Virus record (IMG/VR): IMGVR_UViG_3300009184_000029
Location: 124,001 to 188,000 of that record
DNA length: 64,000 nt
Direction: 5' to 3' (one strand)
Part shown: in pieces, positions 28,701-38,400 of the stretch
Layout of the letters: every line of letters starts with the position of its first letter
How positions within the stretch are numbered: position 1 is the stretch's first letter
Made by a program: the position numbers and the translations under genes
The notes under the pieces: generated by a model
Told to the model about the DNA's origin: nothing
The model's input: only the letters and a program-made list of their open reading frames with translations
The model's database searches: none

Positions 28701-30678
28701 TCAAGCGATTGGTGATTCAAAAAACAAAACGTATTCAACAAGAGCAATGGCTTGTAGGGCGGTGAGATTTAATAAAGTAATAATTGAACCAACCCCTCCA
28801 CCTGCACCTGCACCTCCATTAGTTGACCCAATACAAAAACAAGAACAGGGATATCAAAAAGTAATTAATAAAGATATTTTCTCTAAAGTTAAAGAAGGTA
28901 TTAGTAAAAAAATACTTAGAAGTTTATTATCTGAGTGTGATTATTTTGAGGTAGTTAAAGGAAGTAATCCTATGTTTTTTGATTCTATAAAGGATAAGAT
29001 TAAATATTTCCATCCGGGTTTTCACTCTATGACACCTGAAGGTTTAAATTCAAGATTAGTATTCTTGAATCAATGTGCAAGACCTGGAGATACTATACCT
29101 ACAATAAAACCTGATGGAACTACTGCTAATGGTGATGCGTCAAATACTAACTTTGGGGTACCACCTGTTTTAATATTAAGAATTGGTGATTTCTTTAATT
29201 GTAAAATTATACCTGGTACAATTACACTAAAATATGAAAACTTAGATATAAATCCTGAAGGTATTGGAGTTCAACCTATGATTTGTGACGTATCACTTTC
29301 ATTTGATATTATCGGAGGTATGGGTCTTAAAGAACCTGTTGACAAATTACAAAACGCATTGTCATTTAGTTACTACGCTAATACTGAAATGTATGATGAA
29401 AGGGCGACTCCTACTGAAGATACTACTGCAATAGACCAAGCGGTATTTGAAGCAATTTTAAATCAAACTCCTGTTGTTGGTGTTAATAGTGTTGGTGATG
29501 TAAATCAAATTAATGGTGGTAATCCATTTGGTAGTGTAACTAAATTTAATTTAAGTGGAAGTTCTGAAACTGGAGATATTAATTACCAAAAACAATTTGA
29601 TGATTTATTAACTTCTACTAAAGGATACTTTGATGGAATTTTAAATTCTTTAGAACAAATAATAAAAGATTACGGATGGGCGACTGAACAAATGTTTGTT
29701 AAAACTGACAATCGAAGATTTAAAACTGGTAATTATAAAAATTTATCAGGAACTAAATTGGCTTCAAAAATGTTTGGGAAGAATAATGAATTAGATAATG
29801 AAATTAATGATATTTTTAATAAATTGACAGATTCTATTGATAATAATGATAACCCAATAATAAAGGCAATTGACAATACTTTAGGACTACCTAATAGTGT
29901 TAAACGAGATGTTAAGGGTAACTATGTTAATTATGTTAACACATTAAAATCAGAATATTCTCAATATCTTTTTGAAAAAGAAAAACAATTAACAGAATTA
30001 CAACAAAATTATATACAAACTTTAAGAAAATTTGATTTAGTTGTTACAGGAAATGATGGTAAAATATTAACTAATGGTCAGGCTAAAATATTAGGGTTAA
30101 GTGGAACTACTGACATCCACTCAACAAGTACAGGGCCGACAACATTAGAAGAGATTGTTACTGACTATACTCAAGTAGGCACGGATATGAAAGAGTATAT
30201 TGAATTATTAGAAACTCATTATTTAATAACTAATACATATAGTTCTAGTAAACCTTCATATACACAGGTTTCAACGTACAGTATAACCGACGATGAAAGT
30301 TATCAATATCAAATAATGAATAAAATATTATCAGACGGAACTACTAAGAATAATTTTGTTAACAATTTGGTTAAAAACAATGAATCAAATAGTTTATTAA
30401 AAATAACAATTGAGCAAAGTATCGAAAATTTCTTAACAATCTTTAATGTTGTTAATAGTGATTCATTAAATCAAGTTGAAGATTTTAAAAATTCAGAAAG
30501 TTACACTAACAAATATAAAGATTATAAAACAATTCCATCAGGTAAAACAAGGAAATTTACATATATATCTAACAGTACAACCTCAACTCAAGTATTCCAA
30601 ACCAATACAAAAAACATATATTCTAAAGTTAATATATCGAATGATGAAACTTTTAATGATAAAATACAACTAAATTAA
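25771..30678 (+). CDS. Large baseplate/tube-initiator-like protein with OmpA-like insert
   Basis: FSETVTPSFESQDFIGRPEPIYTY and PPVLILRIGD...PMICDVSLSF resemble tube-initiator motifs; FYFDND...GSAS..YNKKIAKRRLSSV resembles OmpA_C. Confidence 0.55.
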   Translation: MSENLLTLQGSEQFRKSLITRNLAPYNVQGVYTPPNFPQNFETVLSDSSVVDAPEIEESVGGGGNISQVSLATRYNTYGPGGERNRVDAADQISLPSQNQGVETNGQVSFIANNQPYQLAETQLDLINEFFIDAAFIENKYGPEGGFKNMYFVTSIQSNDNIYANYWGPPSFVPSFYSVYQILTSDNPQGSVGSLSQDSYLAKIGAQYLKNAFQERIAQQIENDTIGRVNLDALQDPFTAIEVLRGAEPLVERNYRITVPNGPIARSIDILTQVTGTYIPASPIPGDYFGFVQRSAGPLRQIIGSVSKLFNFTPADSGSELFFKNTGSGQITFLFRNIDSNLYKPNYDRSLLGTVIGLLNDATDRNVSIGTFYVGSPNSNPSLIDSPLKDSPDNAFGQNTQSMVYGPDKMSKLYEGSQNNFNFGLAGKSTIDGGGIDGGFTWTSPKYKDNAGFTVGPGGKNVAQDPDYKSISSQLTSNESTNYTFKTNSLLDNTQRIIDSTPSDSNRYSHAGNAISNISKVFNDGYKEITKGSKVKKYVNQNGAEVGTEYCRLFTKDTPYLTYNDLQKTVANTSGSELNGNIRKFSYSVLDSTYNLNIAPFKNPGSTNILNNKVKKYMFSLENLAWRTSKKPGFTYNDLPVCERGPNGGRIMWFPPYNLTFSETVTPSFESQDFIGRPEPIYTYKNTKRGGSIGFKMIVDHPSVLNLIVNKVLAKESNRQIVNEIVDSFFSGCKKYDIYDLAAKFNTLPLSDLIAVQEIINEQNIPIEQIQDALNEISSPGNNGTDNPDAASNPSPELGDFTTYENIGFYFDNDIPGPSTVEEVSGSFEEYYNTYITKLSTYQSNSTTEEKPKMQPFFDDVVKWNFDQVKEMIKQLYPILSQQQATVTLIMDGSASPVASAAYNKKIAKRRLSSVKNFFKTYELDLGNEVMSLKDFVDKTLLFTTTALGENTNATPKASFGNVDTFSCSDTPGDPNYQAIGDSKNKTYSTRAMACRAVRFNKVIIEPTPPPAPAPPLVDPIQKQEQGYQKVINKDIFSKVKEGISKKILRSLLSECDYFEVVKGSNPMFFDSIKDKIKYFHPGFHSMTPEGLNSRLVFLNQCARPGDTIPTIKPDGTTANGDASNTNFGVPPVLILRIGDFFNCKIIPGTITLKYENLDINPEGIGVQPMICDVSLSFDIIGGMGLKEPVDKLQNALSFSYYANTEMYDERATPTEDTTAIDQAVFEAILNQTPVVGVNSVGDVNQINGGNPFGSVTKFNLSGSSETGDINYQKQFDDLLTSTKGYFDGILNSLEQIIKDYGWATEQMFVKTDNRRFKTGNYKNLSGTKLASKMFGKNNELDNEINDIFNKLTDSIDNNDNPIIKAIDNTLGLPNSVKRDVKGNYVNYVNTLKSEYSQYLFEKEKQLTELQQNYIQTLRKFDLVVTGNDGKILTNGQAKILGLSGTTDIHSTSTGPTTLEEIVTDYTQVGTDMKEYIELLETHYLITNTYSSSKPSYTQVSTYSITDDESYQYQIMNKILSDGTTKNNFVNNLVKNNESNSLLKITIEQSIENFLTIFNVVNSDSLNQVEDFKNSESYTNKYKDYKTIPSGKTRKFTYISNSTTSTQVFQTNTKNIYSKVNISNDETFNDKIQLN

Positions 30679-30679
30679 A

Positions 30680-31006
30680 ATGGCTAACGAATATTTTAAT
30701 AGATATCAGCAATTTACAATAAATGGACAACAAAAAACTGTTCCATTTGTGACGTTACCAACAAAAAGTACTGATATTAGACATATATACAAAGTCGGTA
30801 GCTCAAGGTTGGACAAGATATCACAACAATATTATGGTACACCATTTTTTGGATGGTTAATTATGATGGGTAATCCATCTTTTGGTGGTTTAGAGTGGAA
30901 TATACCTGATGGTACCGCAATACGAATTCCATTTCCTTTAGTGTCAAGTTTATTAGATTATAATAGTCAATTAGACAAATATTTTTTATATTATGGCAAA
31001 GACTGA
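30680..31006 (+). CDS. LysM/tail-X-like baseplate protein (gp53-like)
   Basis: RLDKISQQYYGTPFFGWLIMMGNP...IPDGTAIRIP. Confidence 0.75.
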   Translation: MANEYFNRYQQFTINGQQKTVPFVTLPTKSTDIRHIYKVGSSRLDKISQQYYGTPFFGWLIMMGNPSFGGLEWNIPDGTAIRIPFPLVSSLLDYNSQLDKYFLYYGKD

Positions 31007-34000
31007 AAACATTTTAATAGAACTTGATTATGACAATATGATTGTCATTGACCCAAACAAAGTTCTAAATAATGAAGGGTTTCCCGAGGAAAGAAATGTA
31101 CCTCAGGAAAACTTAGTTATGTATGCCAATTTAACTTGTACTGTAATACCTAGAACAAAACTTGCGATAGGGACTTCTAATAATACTGTAATTGAGACAA
31201 TTAACGTCTCAAGTTTCAATATGTTAAATCAAACAGGACAAGATGGGTTTAACACAAAATGGACTGATGAATTAACTGGACTTGACTCAATACAGGGAAG
31301 AGGAGTAAACCAAATAAGTTTACAACCAAAGGTTAATCCGCAAAATTCTAACGATTACTTTTTATCTCAAACACTTTTAAGTGAAGGTAAACCTGGCACT
31401 ATTGATACAGGATTGTTGGGTATGAAGTCAATAAATATTAAAACAAGTACTAACTATATCTCAACAATATCAATCCAATTTGTTGATATTAAAGGAAGAG
31501 CTTTATTTGGTGCTGGAGATAATTCAATATATTCTGCATTTTTTAATCAACCAAGACCTCAATTTGAGTTAACTATTAAAGGTTATTATGGTAAGGCAAT
31601 TAAGTATAAGTTACAACTTATGGAGTTTGAATTTAGTACAGACCAAAGTGGTAATTTTTCAATTGTTACAACATTTGAATCTTACAAGTTTGGTATTTTA
31701 GGTTCTCTTGGTTATAGTATGATTGAGGCGGTTTCAGGAATGTATGAGAAAAAATACACAGTATTAAATACTGACTCCACACCTATTACCGGAGCTGCTC
31801 CAAATACCGATGGTTCAATTAGTACTTTAAAAACTAATACTGAACAAAGTGTTTATAGAGGGTATGAATTAATTGGTGAATTTTTTGATTTATATAGAAA
31901 AAAAGGTTTGGTTGACCCTGATATGCCAACATTAACTATTTGGGATTTAAAATACAAACTTGAAAATTTTACGACACAAGTCGCTACATCTCTTGTACAG
32001 GAATCAATGGCTCCATTAAATGAGATAACAAAATATTCAGAATTATTAAATAGATATTTGACAGAAGTTTCAAGTTCGTCACCTGAAAGTTGGTTCAAAA
32101 AATATTGTGATGATAAAACATATTATGTTTTAAATTTATCGCGATTGGAGCGTCTTACGTTAGAAATATTGACTGATTCTATAACAATACCATCTAAGAT
32201 ATACAAATTTAAACCTGAAATTGACACTATTGATAAACAAAAAAAGGCAATATCAGAATTAGAAGGAATTATCACAAAATATAACAAAGATTTAAATGCT
32301 AATCCTGTATTGGGTAGTATGGGTAAATTTGTGATTTCAAAAAAAGAAGTTTCGTCTAGTGTGAAAATTAATATTAGTTTAAATACTATACTTACAAATA
32401 CAGTAACCGCTGAAGACATAAATTTTGCAGAAACTTACAAACAGAGATTCTCAACAGAACCTACCGCAGCTCAAGTAGAACAACTTGAATTGGAATTTAT
32501 TATGGAACAAGTTAGGACTATGCAAATTACTAATGAACAAGAAAATAATGTAAAACCAAAACCTATTAATTTTTTTATGTTTGGGCCATCGCAAGGTTTT
32601 GATTATGAAATCAAAACTATAAAAACCAAGGTTGATGACCAAAAACAAAAAATAGAAACTGCATTACAAAATTCATTAGAAAATAGTTTTTTAGATAAAA
32701 ATATTGGATTTGGGTTTAAACCTTCAGTTAGAAATATTATATCAGTTATTATGGCATCTACTGAGGCATTTTTGGCTTTAATGGATGAATGTGAAAATAA
32801 ATCTTGGTCGGTTAGAAATAATGAAATTAGAAAAAGGTCAGTTTTAGGTTTAAATAGTGTTGAAAAAAACGCCGGAAACATTCAGACAACTGACCCAATC
32901 TATCCTTGGCCATTATACACTGTCGCAAAGACAAACAATGGGAAAACTGAATTAGAAGTTACATACCCTGGGGATTCAAGTGTGATACAACAAACACAGG
33001 CGTTTAATAAAGATATATGGCCTGAAGTTGAATTTGTTGAGGAATATTTTAAAGGGTACTCACAACGTATACCGTATCCTGCAAATCCTTTGGTTGGACT
33101 AAATGACTTGGTTGTTACTAAAATTTCAGGTAACATGTTAGACGCACCATTTACAAATAGATTTTATTCTCAAAAATCTGAAAACAAATTTTTCTATGAA
33201 ATTTGGGAAAGAATTTTAAGTATTGGTATGTTTAGCGGTTTTGATTATAAAGACGAAACGTCTAGACTATTACTACCCCCATTGTCGCAGATAGAATCAA
33301 CTGTTATCGTCCAAAGTTTATCTAATGAAAATCCATATTTAATTAACAAATTAAAGAATTTTGATTTAAATTCTGAAAATTATGAAAATTATTTAAAACA
33401 AATTTCTAATAGAGGATTAGGTGAAAGTTGGAACAAATATATAAGAAATGTATTTGTAACAGATTATTTAGAGACCGAATCTTTAAACCCAACTTTAATT
33501 TTACCTGGGACTATCTCACCGTCTTTCACATTACCAAAGAGTGATGAATTTGATGGGTACGTTAAAAGTACTTCAAATAGATTTCCATATTTAGGGATTT
33601 ATCCATTTAATAACGATTTATGGGTGACATTAAATGTTACAAATTCAAGTCTATTCCCAACAGTTTCCGAAATATATAATACTGAAAAAAATCTTTTCTA
33701 TGATAAGGATTATTTTTTAATTAAATCAAATGGAAATTATGCGTTTAGTAACTTTTGTTATGTTAATTCAACTAACCCTGCGGTTGTTGGAAATACATTT
33801 TCAGACTTAACTAATTTTTATTTAAATCGTAACAACGCTGATAAATTTTTAGCAACTGAAGGTAAGATATATTTGAACAACTCGAATAATAAATTAGGGT
33901 ATGAACAGACGACCTCAATTTTAAACACTCCTTATTTTGTAAACGCTATTTTAGATGGTGCTCAAAAACAAAAAAGTGGGTCAACTTATCCGTATATCAA

Positions 34001-37000
34001 TGCAGCTTACCTTTTTATTAATTCACTGCCAGTTGCTACTTTAAGGGAAACATTTAAAAAATTAGTTTCAGTCGAAAATAATAGTTATGAGGATGAAAGT
34101 TTAATTGGTCCTACGTTAAAGAAATTTTCTGGGTTACATACTTTACCTTATACTTTTATTTTAAAATATGGTTCAATATGGCACAGGTATAAAAAATATA
34201 TAGAAACCGGAGTTGATATTCTAATTGATAATTCTGGAGGGCAGATTACAACTTTTGATAATTTTAAATATGCTGAAAATTACGACCCATTAACTTTAAA
34301 TGTTAATAAAGAATATTTTATAGGTAATGAAGATGATGCAAATTATTTAAGTTTAAAATTAAGAAATTTACAACCGACTACTGGACCAACACCAATAAAT
34401 GTGTTAACAATGAATATTGGGTTTTATCCTAAGTTAATTGATAATTTTCATTATTTTTTAAATGACTCTAATTTCTTTGACAATTATACTGCTAGTAATG
34501 TTTTATCTAAAACACAAAGTGGTGATTTAATTTGTATTAAATCTGCCTCAGGGTCTGTTGTTGGTAAATCAAATTATTTAGAAGGAGGAGGAAACACACA
34601 ATTAAACATTTTTGCATGGTCTGTAGTTACTAAAACAGATGACGGTAAATATTGTATCATGCCATCATTTGGAGGTAATATTAAACAATACTATTATGAG
34701 ATGTTTGGTGATAGTCCACAGGCATCCATTGACCCCGATTTGAATCAACCAACAATCAACGGTTCAGTTAGATTATTTTGGAACTCTCCAAACTACGGAT
34801 ATTTTGACCACAATGCGATGAATTTACCGACGCATAAACAGTATATGAAAAAGATATATCCTGAAATTTCAAATCAGGATGCGTTTGGGTTAATTGATTA
34901 CTCTTCAATTGAAGAAATATTTTCAGTATTTACTAAGAATGATTTAGATATTTTTGAAACTGAGTTTTTAAAATTCTCATTACCTACTTTATCGTTAGAT
35001 AATGTGGTAAGATTAAACAACTTCCAAAGTTTGATGAGGTCATTTTTTGTTGTAAATCCTGGTGCGGTTAATGGGTTTAAAAATGATGATAACGGAATCA
35101 AGTCATTTGCTAACGCTCAATTCCCAACAGTATTGAGTTATATTAAAAATTTCTTGGAAAAAACAATTGTTTTAAAACTTGGTAATTGTCATTCATTTAA
35201 TAGAGATTTATTTAACACTTTTAATTTAAACAGAGCTGATGATATAGGTATTATAAAATATAATAGTTATTTTGCAAATACCCCAAATATACTACCTTAT
35301 TATAATCAAACAACACTTTACCAAACAATTGCAACTAATAGTCCCGAAGCATGGAAAGCGTTTCAATTATATATAGGATTTAGTAGTATTTCTGAATTAG
35401 ATTATGAATCTTATAACACTTCTTTCTTATTCGATTTCTTTGTACAGTTTGATGTTGAATTTACTGAAGAAAATGTAATTAAATTTGCACCACTTGTTAA
35501 ATTATATGCAACTAGAAAAATAGAAAATTCATCATTAATACCTAATGATTCGAATCAACATGTTAATTTATTTAAAGATTATATTACAACATTTTTCTCT
35601 AATTCATTGGATTTAAGTAAACAAATTTTAAATGATACTTTAATTAGTGTTAGAAAAGGATTACCGAATGTTAATGTTGGTTCATTATCTGTACTTGAGA
35701 CTGTGTATCAATCTAATCCTCAAAAAGTTGAAATGTATGATAGATTTAAAAATTTAAATGATGGATGGATATCTGGTAGTGATTATTTAAATCCTGCTCA
35801 TACATTGTTTGAGGATATTGTATTTTTCGATAGAGCAGGTAGAAATATTGGGGCTGAAATATATTGTGATGTTAATCACGTTAAAAATATTTTATCGGGG
35901 GCTTTAAAGGAAAATCCTGTGTTTAGTATTATACAAGAAATATTAAACCATGAAAATTTTTCTGTAACTCAAAACATGGCGTTTTGTAATTATTACGGAG
36001 TACAAAGACCCGGAGATAATATTAACCCAAAATTTGTTGGGACTTCAGATGTGGCAAACACTTTATTTGGTACTTTTACTACAATTGATACACAAGATAC
36101 TACCGCTAAGATAATATGTGAGTTCAATGACATGGACTCCAAATACATCGATACCCCAAATGACAACTATAAATTTTCAAACGATTCTTTTGATTTAATT
36201 AAAGTTGAAAATAATCCTTTAAGAGAAGATATTACAAATAAAGCTGATTTTGCACTTTCAAGTAAAGTTGTTGGATTTGTTGTAGACTTTTCGAATCAAA
36301 ATCAGAATGTGTTCAAAAATATGAACATAAGCTCAAGAACTGGAGGTAAAAATATTGTAACAGTTCAGAATCAATTGGACGTTATTGAAGCGTCATCAGG
36401 TAAGAAGAGTGCGTCACAAAGTGTCTCTTTATATAACTTCTACAAGGGACAATCATATGATGTCTCAGTCAGTGCTATGGGTAATGCTTTATTACAACCA
36501 AAAATGTTTTTTTATTTAAAGAATGTCCCATTATTTAGAGGAACGTATCAAATTAATGAGGTAAGTCATTCTATAACTACAACATCTTTTGGGACCCAAT
36601 TTACAGGTAGAAGAGTTCCTGTGTACTCAATTAAAAAAATTACGGATTATCTACAAAGTTTAAAAATACAAGTTTTAGAAAAAATATTAAACGAAACTAA
36701 GAATGCTCAGGAAAAATCACAAGGTGCTGCTACAGTATATAGTGAAAGGGATAATAAGATTATTAACTTTAAAGGTGGTAAACGACCAACACAAAACCAA
36801 GCTTGTAAACCTAATGAAAAATACAATACTTTCCAAACAGATACTCCGAAACAAACAACAACTTCAGTTAACGCTTTAATTAAAAAAATTGAACAAGTCT
36901 TCCCAAGACTAACCGATACGGCTTTAGCTGATTATCAAAAGAAAGTTACCGAAAACCAAAATCTTTGGTTTATAATATTCTCTATTGTATACGTTGCTAA

Positions 37001-37409
37001 TTTACAAGAAGGTAAACTGAGTTCTTTTAATAATAACTTTGGTAATATACCATTAGATACTGAATACGGAGGTGATTTAATGAAGTTACCCAAAAAGAAA
37101 TTTATATGTTTAGAAAGTTTGGGAGGTGCGTCAACGGCTTATATGTCATTTGATACGATAGATAAAAATATTGAATTTATAGGTAAAAAATTACAATCAA
37201 GGTCAAACGACTTTACTTCTTTAGAAGTTAATGCAGTTTTAATTAAACAAATGACAACAATTTGGACTAACTATTGGCCTAATTTCGCAAATGACATGTA
37301 CACCCAACTCAAACAAACTGACCCATATTCATTTAATGAATTAGAATTAAAAGTAAAAAAATCATTGAATTTGGCTAAAAGTAATTTTACACCATTACCT
37401 ACATTTTAA
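30993..37409 (+). CDS. Giant baseplate hub protein (gp27/gpD-like)
   Basis: 2138 aa; C-terminal MGNALLQP...GTYQINEVSHSI...FGTQFTG hub-like motif; follows LysM gene. Confidence 0.55.
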   Translation: MAKTENILIELDYDNMIVIDPNKVLNNEGFPEERNVPQENLVMYANLTCTVIPRTKLAIGTSNNTVIETINVSSFNMLNQTGQDGFNTKWTDELTGLDSIQGRGVNQISLQPKVNPQNSNDYFLSQTLLSEGKPGTIDTGLLGMKSINIKTSTNYISTISIQFVDIKGRALFGAGDNSIYSAFFNQPRPQFELTIKGYYGKAIKYKLQLMEFEFSTDQSGNFSIVTTFESYKFGILGSLGYSMIEAVSGMYEKKYTVLNTDSTPITGAAPNTDGSISTLKTNTEQSVYRGYELIGEFFDLYRKKGLVDPDMPTLTIWDLKYKLENFTTQVATSLVQESMAPLNEITKYSELLNRYLTEVSSSSPESWFKKYCDDKTYYVLNLSRLERLTLEILTDSITIPSKIYKFKPEIDTIDKQKKAISELEGIITKYNKDLNANPVLGSMGKFVISKKEVSSSVKINISLNTILTNTVTAEDINFAETYKQRFSTEPTAAQVEQLELEFIMEQVRTMQITNEQENNVKPKPINFFMFGPSQGFDYEIKTIKTKVDDQKQKIETALQNSLENSFLDKNIGFGFKPSVRNIISVIMASTEAFLALMDECENKSWSVRNNEIRKRSVLGLNSVEKNAGNIQTTDPIYPWPLYTVAKTNNGKTELEVTYPGDSSVIQQTQAFNKDIWPEVEFVEEYFKGYSQRIPYPANPLVGLNDLVVTKISGNMLDAPFTNRFYSQKSENKFFYEIWERILSIGMFSGFDYKDETSRLLLPPLSQIESTVIVQSLSNENPYLINKLKNFDLNSENYENYLKQISNRGLGESWNKYIRNVFVTDYLETESLNPTLILPGTISPSFTLPKSDEFDGYVKSTSNRFPYLGIYPFNNDLWVTLNVTNSSLFPTVSEIYNTEKNLFYDKDYFLIKSNGNYAFSNFCYVNSTNPAVVGNTFSDLTNFYLNRNNADKFLATEGKIYLNNSNNKLGYEQTTSILNTPYFVNAILDGAQKQKSGSTYPYINAAYLFINSLPVATLRETFKKLVSVENNSYEDESLIGPTLKKFSGLHTLPYTFILKYGSIWHRYKKYIETGVDILIDNSGGQITTFDNFKYAENYDPLTLNVNKEYFIGNEDDANYLSLKLRNLQPTTGPTPINVLTMNIGFYPKLIDNFHYFLNDSNFFDNYTASNVLSKTQSGDLICIKSASGSVVGKSNYLEGGGNTQLNIFAWSVVTKTDDGKYCIMPSFGGNIKQYYYEMFGDSPQASIDPDLNQPTINGSVRLFWNSPNYGYFDHNAMNLPTHKQYMKKIYPEISNQDAFGLIDYSSIEEIFSVFTKNDLDIFETEFLKFSLPTLSLDNVVRLNNFQSLMRSFFVVNPGAVNGFKNDDNGIKSFANAQFPTVLSYIKNFLEKTIVLKLGNCHSFNRDLFNTFNLNRADDIGIIKYNSYFANTPNILPYYNQTTLYQTIATNSPEAWKAFQLYIGFSSISELDYESYNTSFLFDFFVQFDVEFTEENVIKFAPLVKLYATRKIENSSLIPNDSNQHVNLFKDYITTFFSNSLDLSKQILNDTLISVRKGLPNVNVGSLSVLETVYQSNPQKVEMYDRFKNLNDGWISGSDYLNPAHTLFEDIVFFDRAGRNIGAEIYCDVNHVKNILSGALKENPVFSIIQEILNHENFSVTQNMAFCNYYGVQRPGDNINPKFVGTSDVANTLFGTFTTIDTQDTTAKIICEFNDMDSKYIDTPNDNYKFSNDSFDLIKVENNPLREDITNKADFALSSKVVGFVVDFSNQNQNVFKNMNISSRTGGKNIVTVQNQLDVIEASSGKKSASQSVSLYNFYKGQSYDVSVSAMGNALLQPKMFFYLKNVPLFRGTYQINEVSHSITTTSFGTQFTGRRVPVYSIKKITDYLQSLKIQVLEKILNETKNAQEKSQGAATVYSERDNKIINFKGGKRPTQNQACKPNEKYNTFQTDTPKQTTTSVNALIKKIEQVFPRLTDTALADYQKKVTENQNLWFIIFSIVYVANLQEGKLSSFNNNFGNIPLDTEYGGDLMKLPKKKFICLESLGGASTAYMSFDTIDKNIEFIGKKLQSRSNDFTSLEVNAVLIKQMTTIWTNYWPNFANDMYTQLKQTDPYSFNELELKVKKSLNLAKSNFTPLPTF

Positions 37410-37438
37410 TTACTTTTGAAATTTTATAATAACATTGA

Positions 37439-37445
37439 TATTTAT
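37439..37445 (+). promoter_or_regulatory. TATTTAT putative late promoter
   Basis: 13 nt before ATG 37459. Confidence 0.5.
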
Positions 37446-37458
37446 ATAAAAAAAAGTT

Positions 37459-37683
37459 ATGGACATTAAAACTGCAATTAATAATTATCTTGGTAAACAA
37501 GCAAGAATTACTGAAAAGGATAATGGTAATGGATTTAAAGAAGTTTGTGATTTAGATACTGGAGATTGTTATACAGTAAGAATGAAAGATGGTCTTATTG
37601 AAAGAGTTGACAACACATATCAAACAAACAAAAAAATAAAAGTAGAAACTAATAACGGATTTAAACAACTTCTAAATGGCTAA
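37459..37683 (+). CDS. Small hypothetical protein
   Basis: 74 aa, CDLDTGDC motif, overlaps next start. Confidence 0.6.
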   Translation: MDIKTAINNYLGKQARITEKDNGNGFKEVCDLDTGDCYTVRMKDGLIERVDNTYQTNKKIKVETNNGFKQLLNG

Positions 37684-38335
37684 TAAAATATCTGAAAAAA
37701 TATTGTCTGAATTGGCAAGACACAAAAGTATTAATAATTACTTAATGGAACAACCTGTTCCACCACCGCCACCACCTCCACCCGCACCTGACGCTGGTGC
37801 TGTTCCACCACCACCTGCACCTGATGCCGCCGCACCTGCTCCTGCACCTGCACCTGCTGAAGATGCTAATAAAGTTGATGTTACTAAAGACCCAGATGTT
37901 GAAAAAATTGGTGACGAAAAAAGTAAAAAGAAAGACGATAAAGGTGATGAAGAAATTGAAGTCACAGATTTAGTTACATCTCAAAAAAATATTGAGGGGA
38001 AACAAGAAGAGTACTTTGAAAATTTATTTAAACAATTACAAGATTTAGAAAGTAGATTAACTGATATGGACTCAATCGTAAATAAATTAAACGATATTGA
38101 AGCTAAAATTGAAAAATATAGAGTTAAAAGTCCTGAAGAAAAATTGGAACTTAGAAGTATTGATTCTGCACCATTTAATCAAAAACTATCTCAATTCTTT
38201 CAAGATAAAGAAGAAGATTTAGAAGCAACAGGGAAAGAGTATATTCTAACTTCTGATGAAGTTGAGGACTTTAGTCCTGATGAAATCAGAGGAAGTTTCA
38301 CACAGGCTCCTGACCAAGAATTCAAAAAATACTAA
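37676..38335 (+). CDS. Proline-rich acidic coiled-coil protein (possible internal head protein)
   Basis: PPPPPPPPAPDAGA...PAPAPAPA tract followed by heptad-rich region. Confidence 0.55.
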   Translation: MANKISEKILSELARHKSINNYLMEQPVPPPPPPPPAPDAGAVPPPPAPDAAAPAPAPAPAEDANKVDVTKDPDVEKIGDEKSKKKDDKGDEEIEVTDLVTSQKNIEGKQEEYFENLFKQLQDLESRLTDMDSIVNKLNDIEAKIEKYRVKSPEEKLELRSIDSAPFNQKLSQFFQDKEEDLEATGKEYILTSDEVEDFSPDEIRGSFTQAPDQEFKKY

Positions 38336-38341
38336 TTAGTA

Positions 38342-38373
38342 TTTGACAAAAACGGCTGACACACTTACATTTG
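38342..38373 (+). promoter_or_regulatory. Host sigma-A promoter of SSB/replication operon
   Basis: TTTG(38342-45)-N20-TACATTTG(38366-73) matches Bacteroidota TTTG/TAnnTTTG; also TTGACA-N17-TACATT. Confidence 0.7.
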
Positions 38374-38400
38374 TTTATTAACTATTAATTTATATATATC

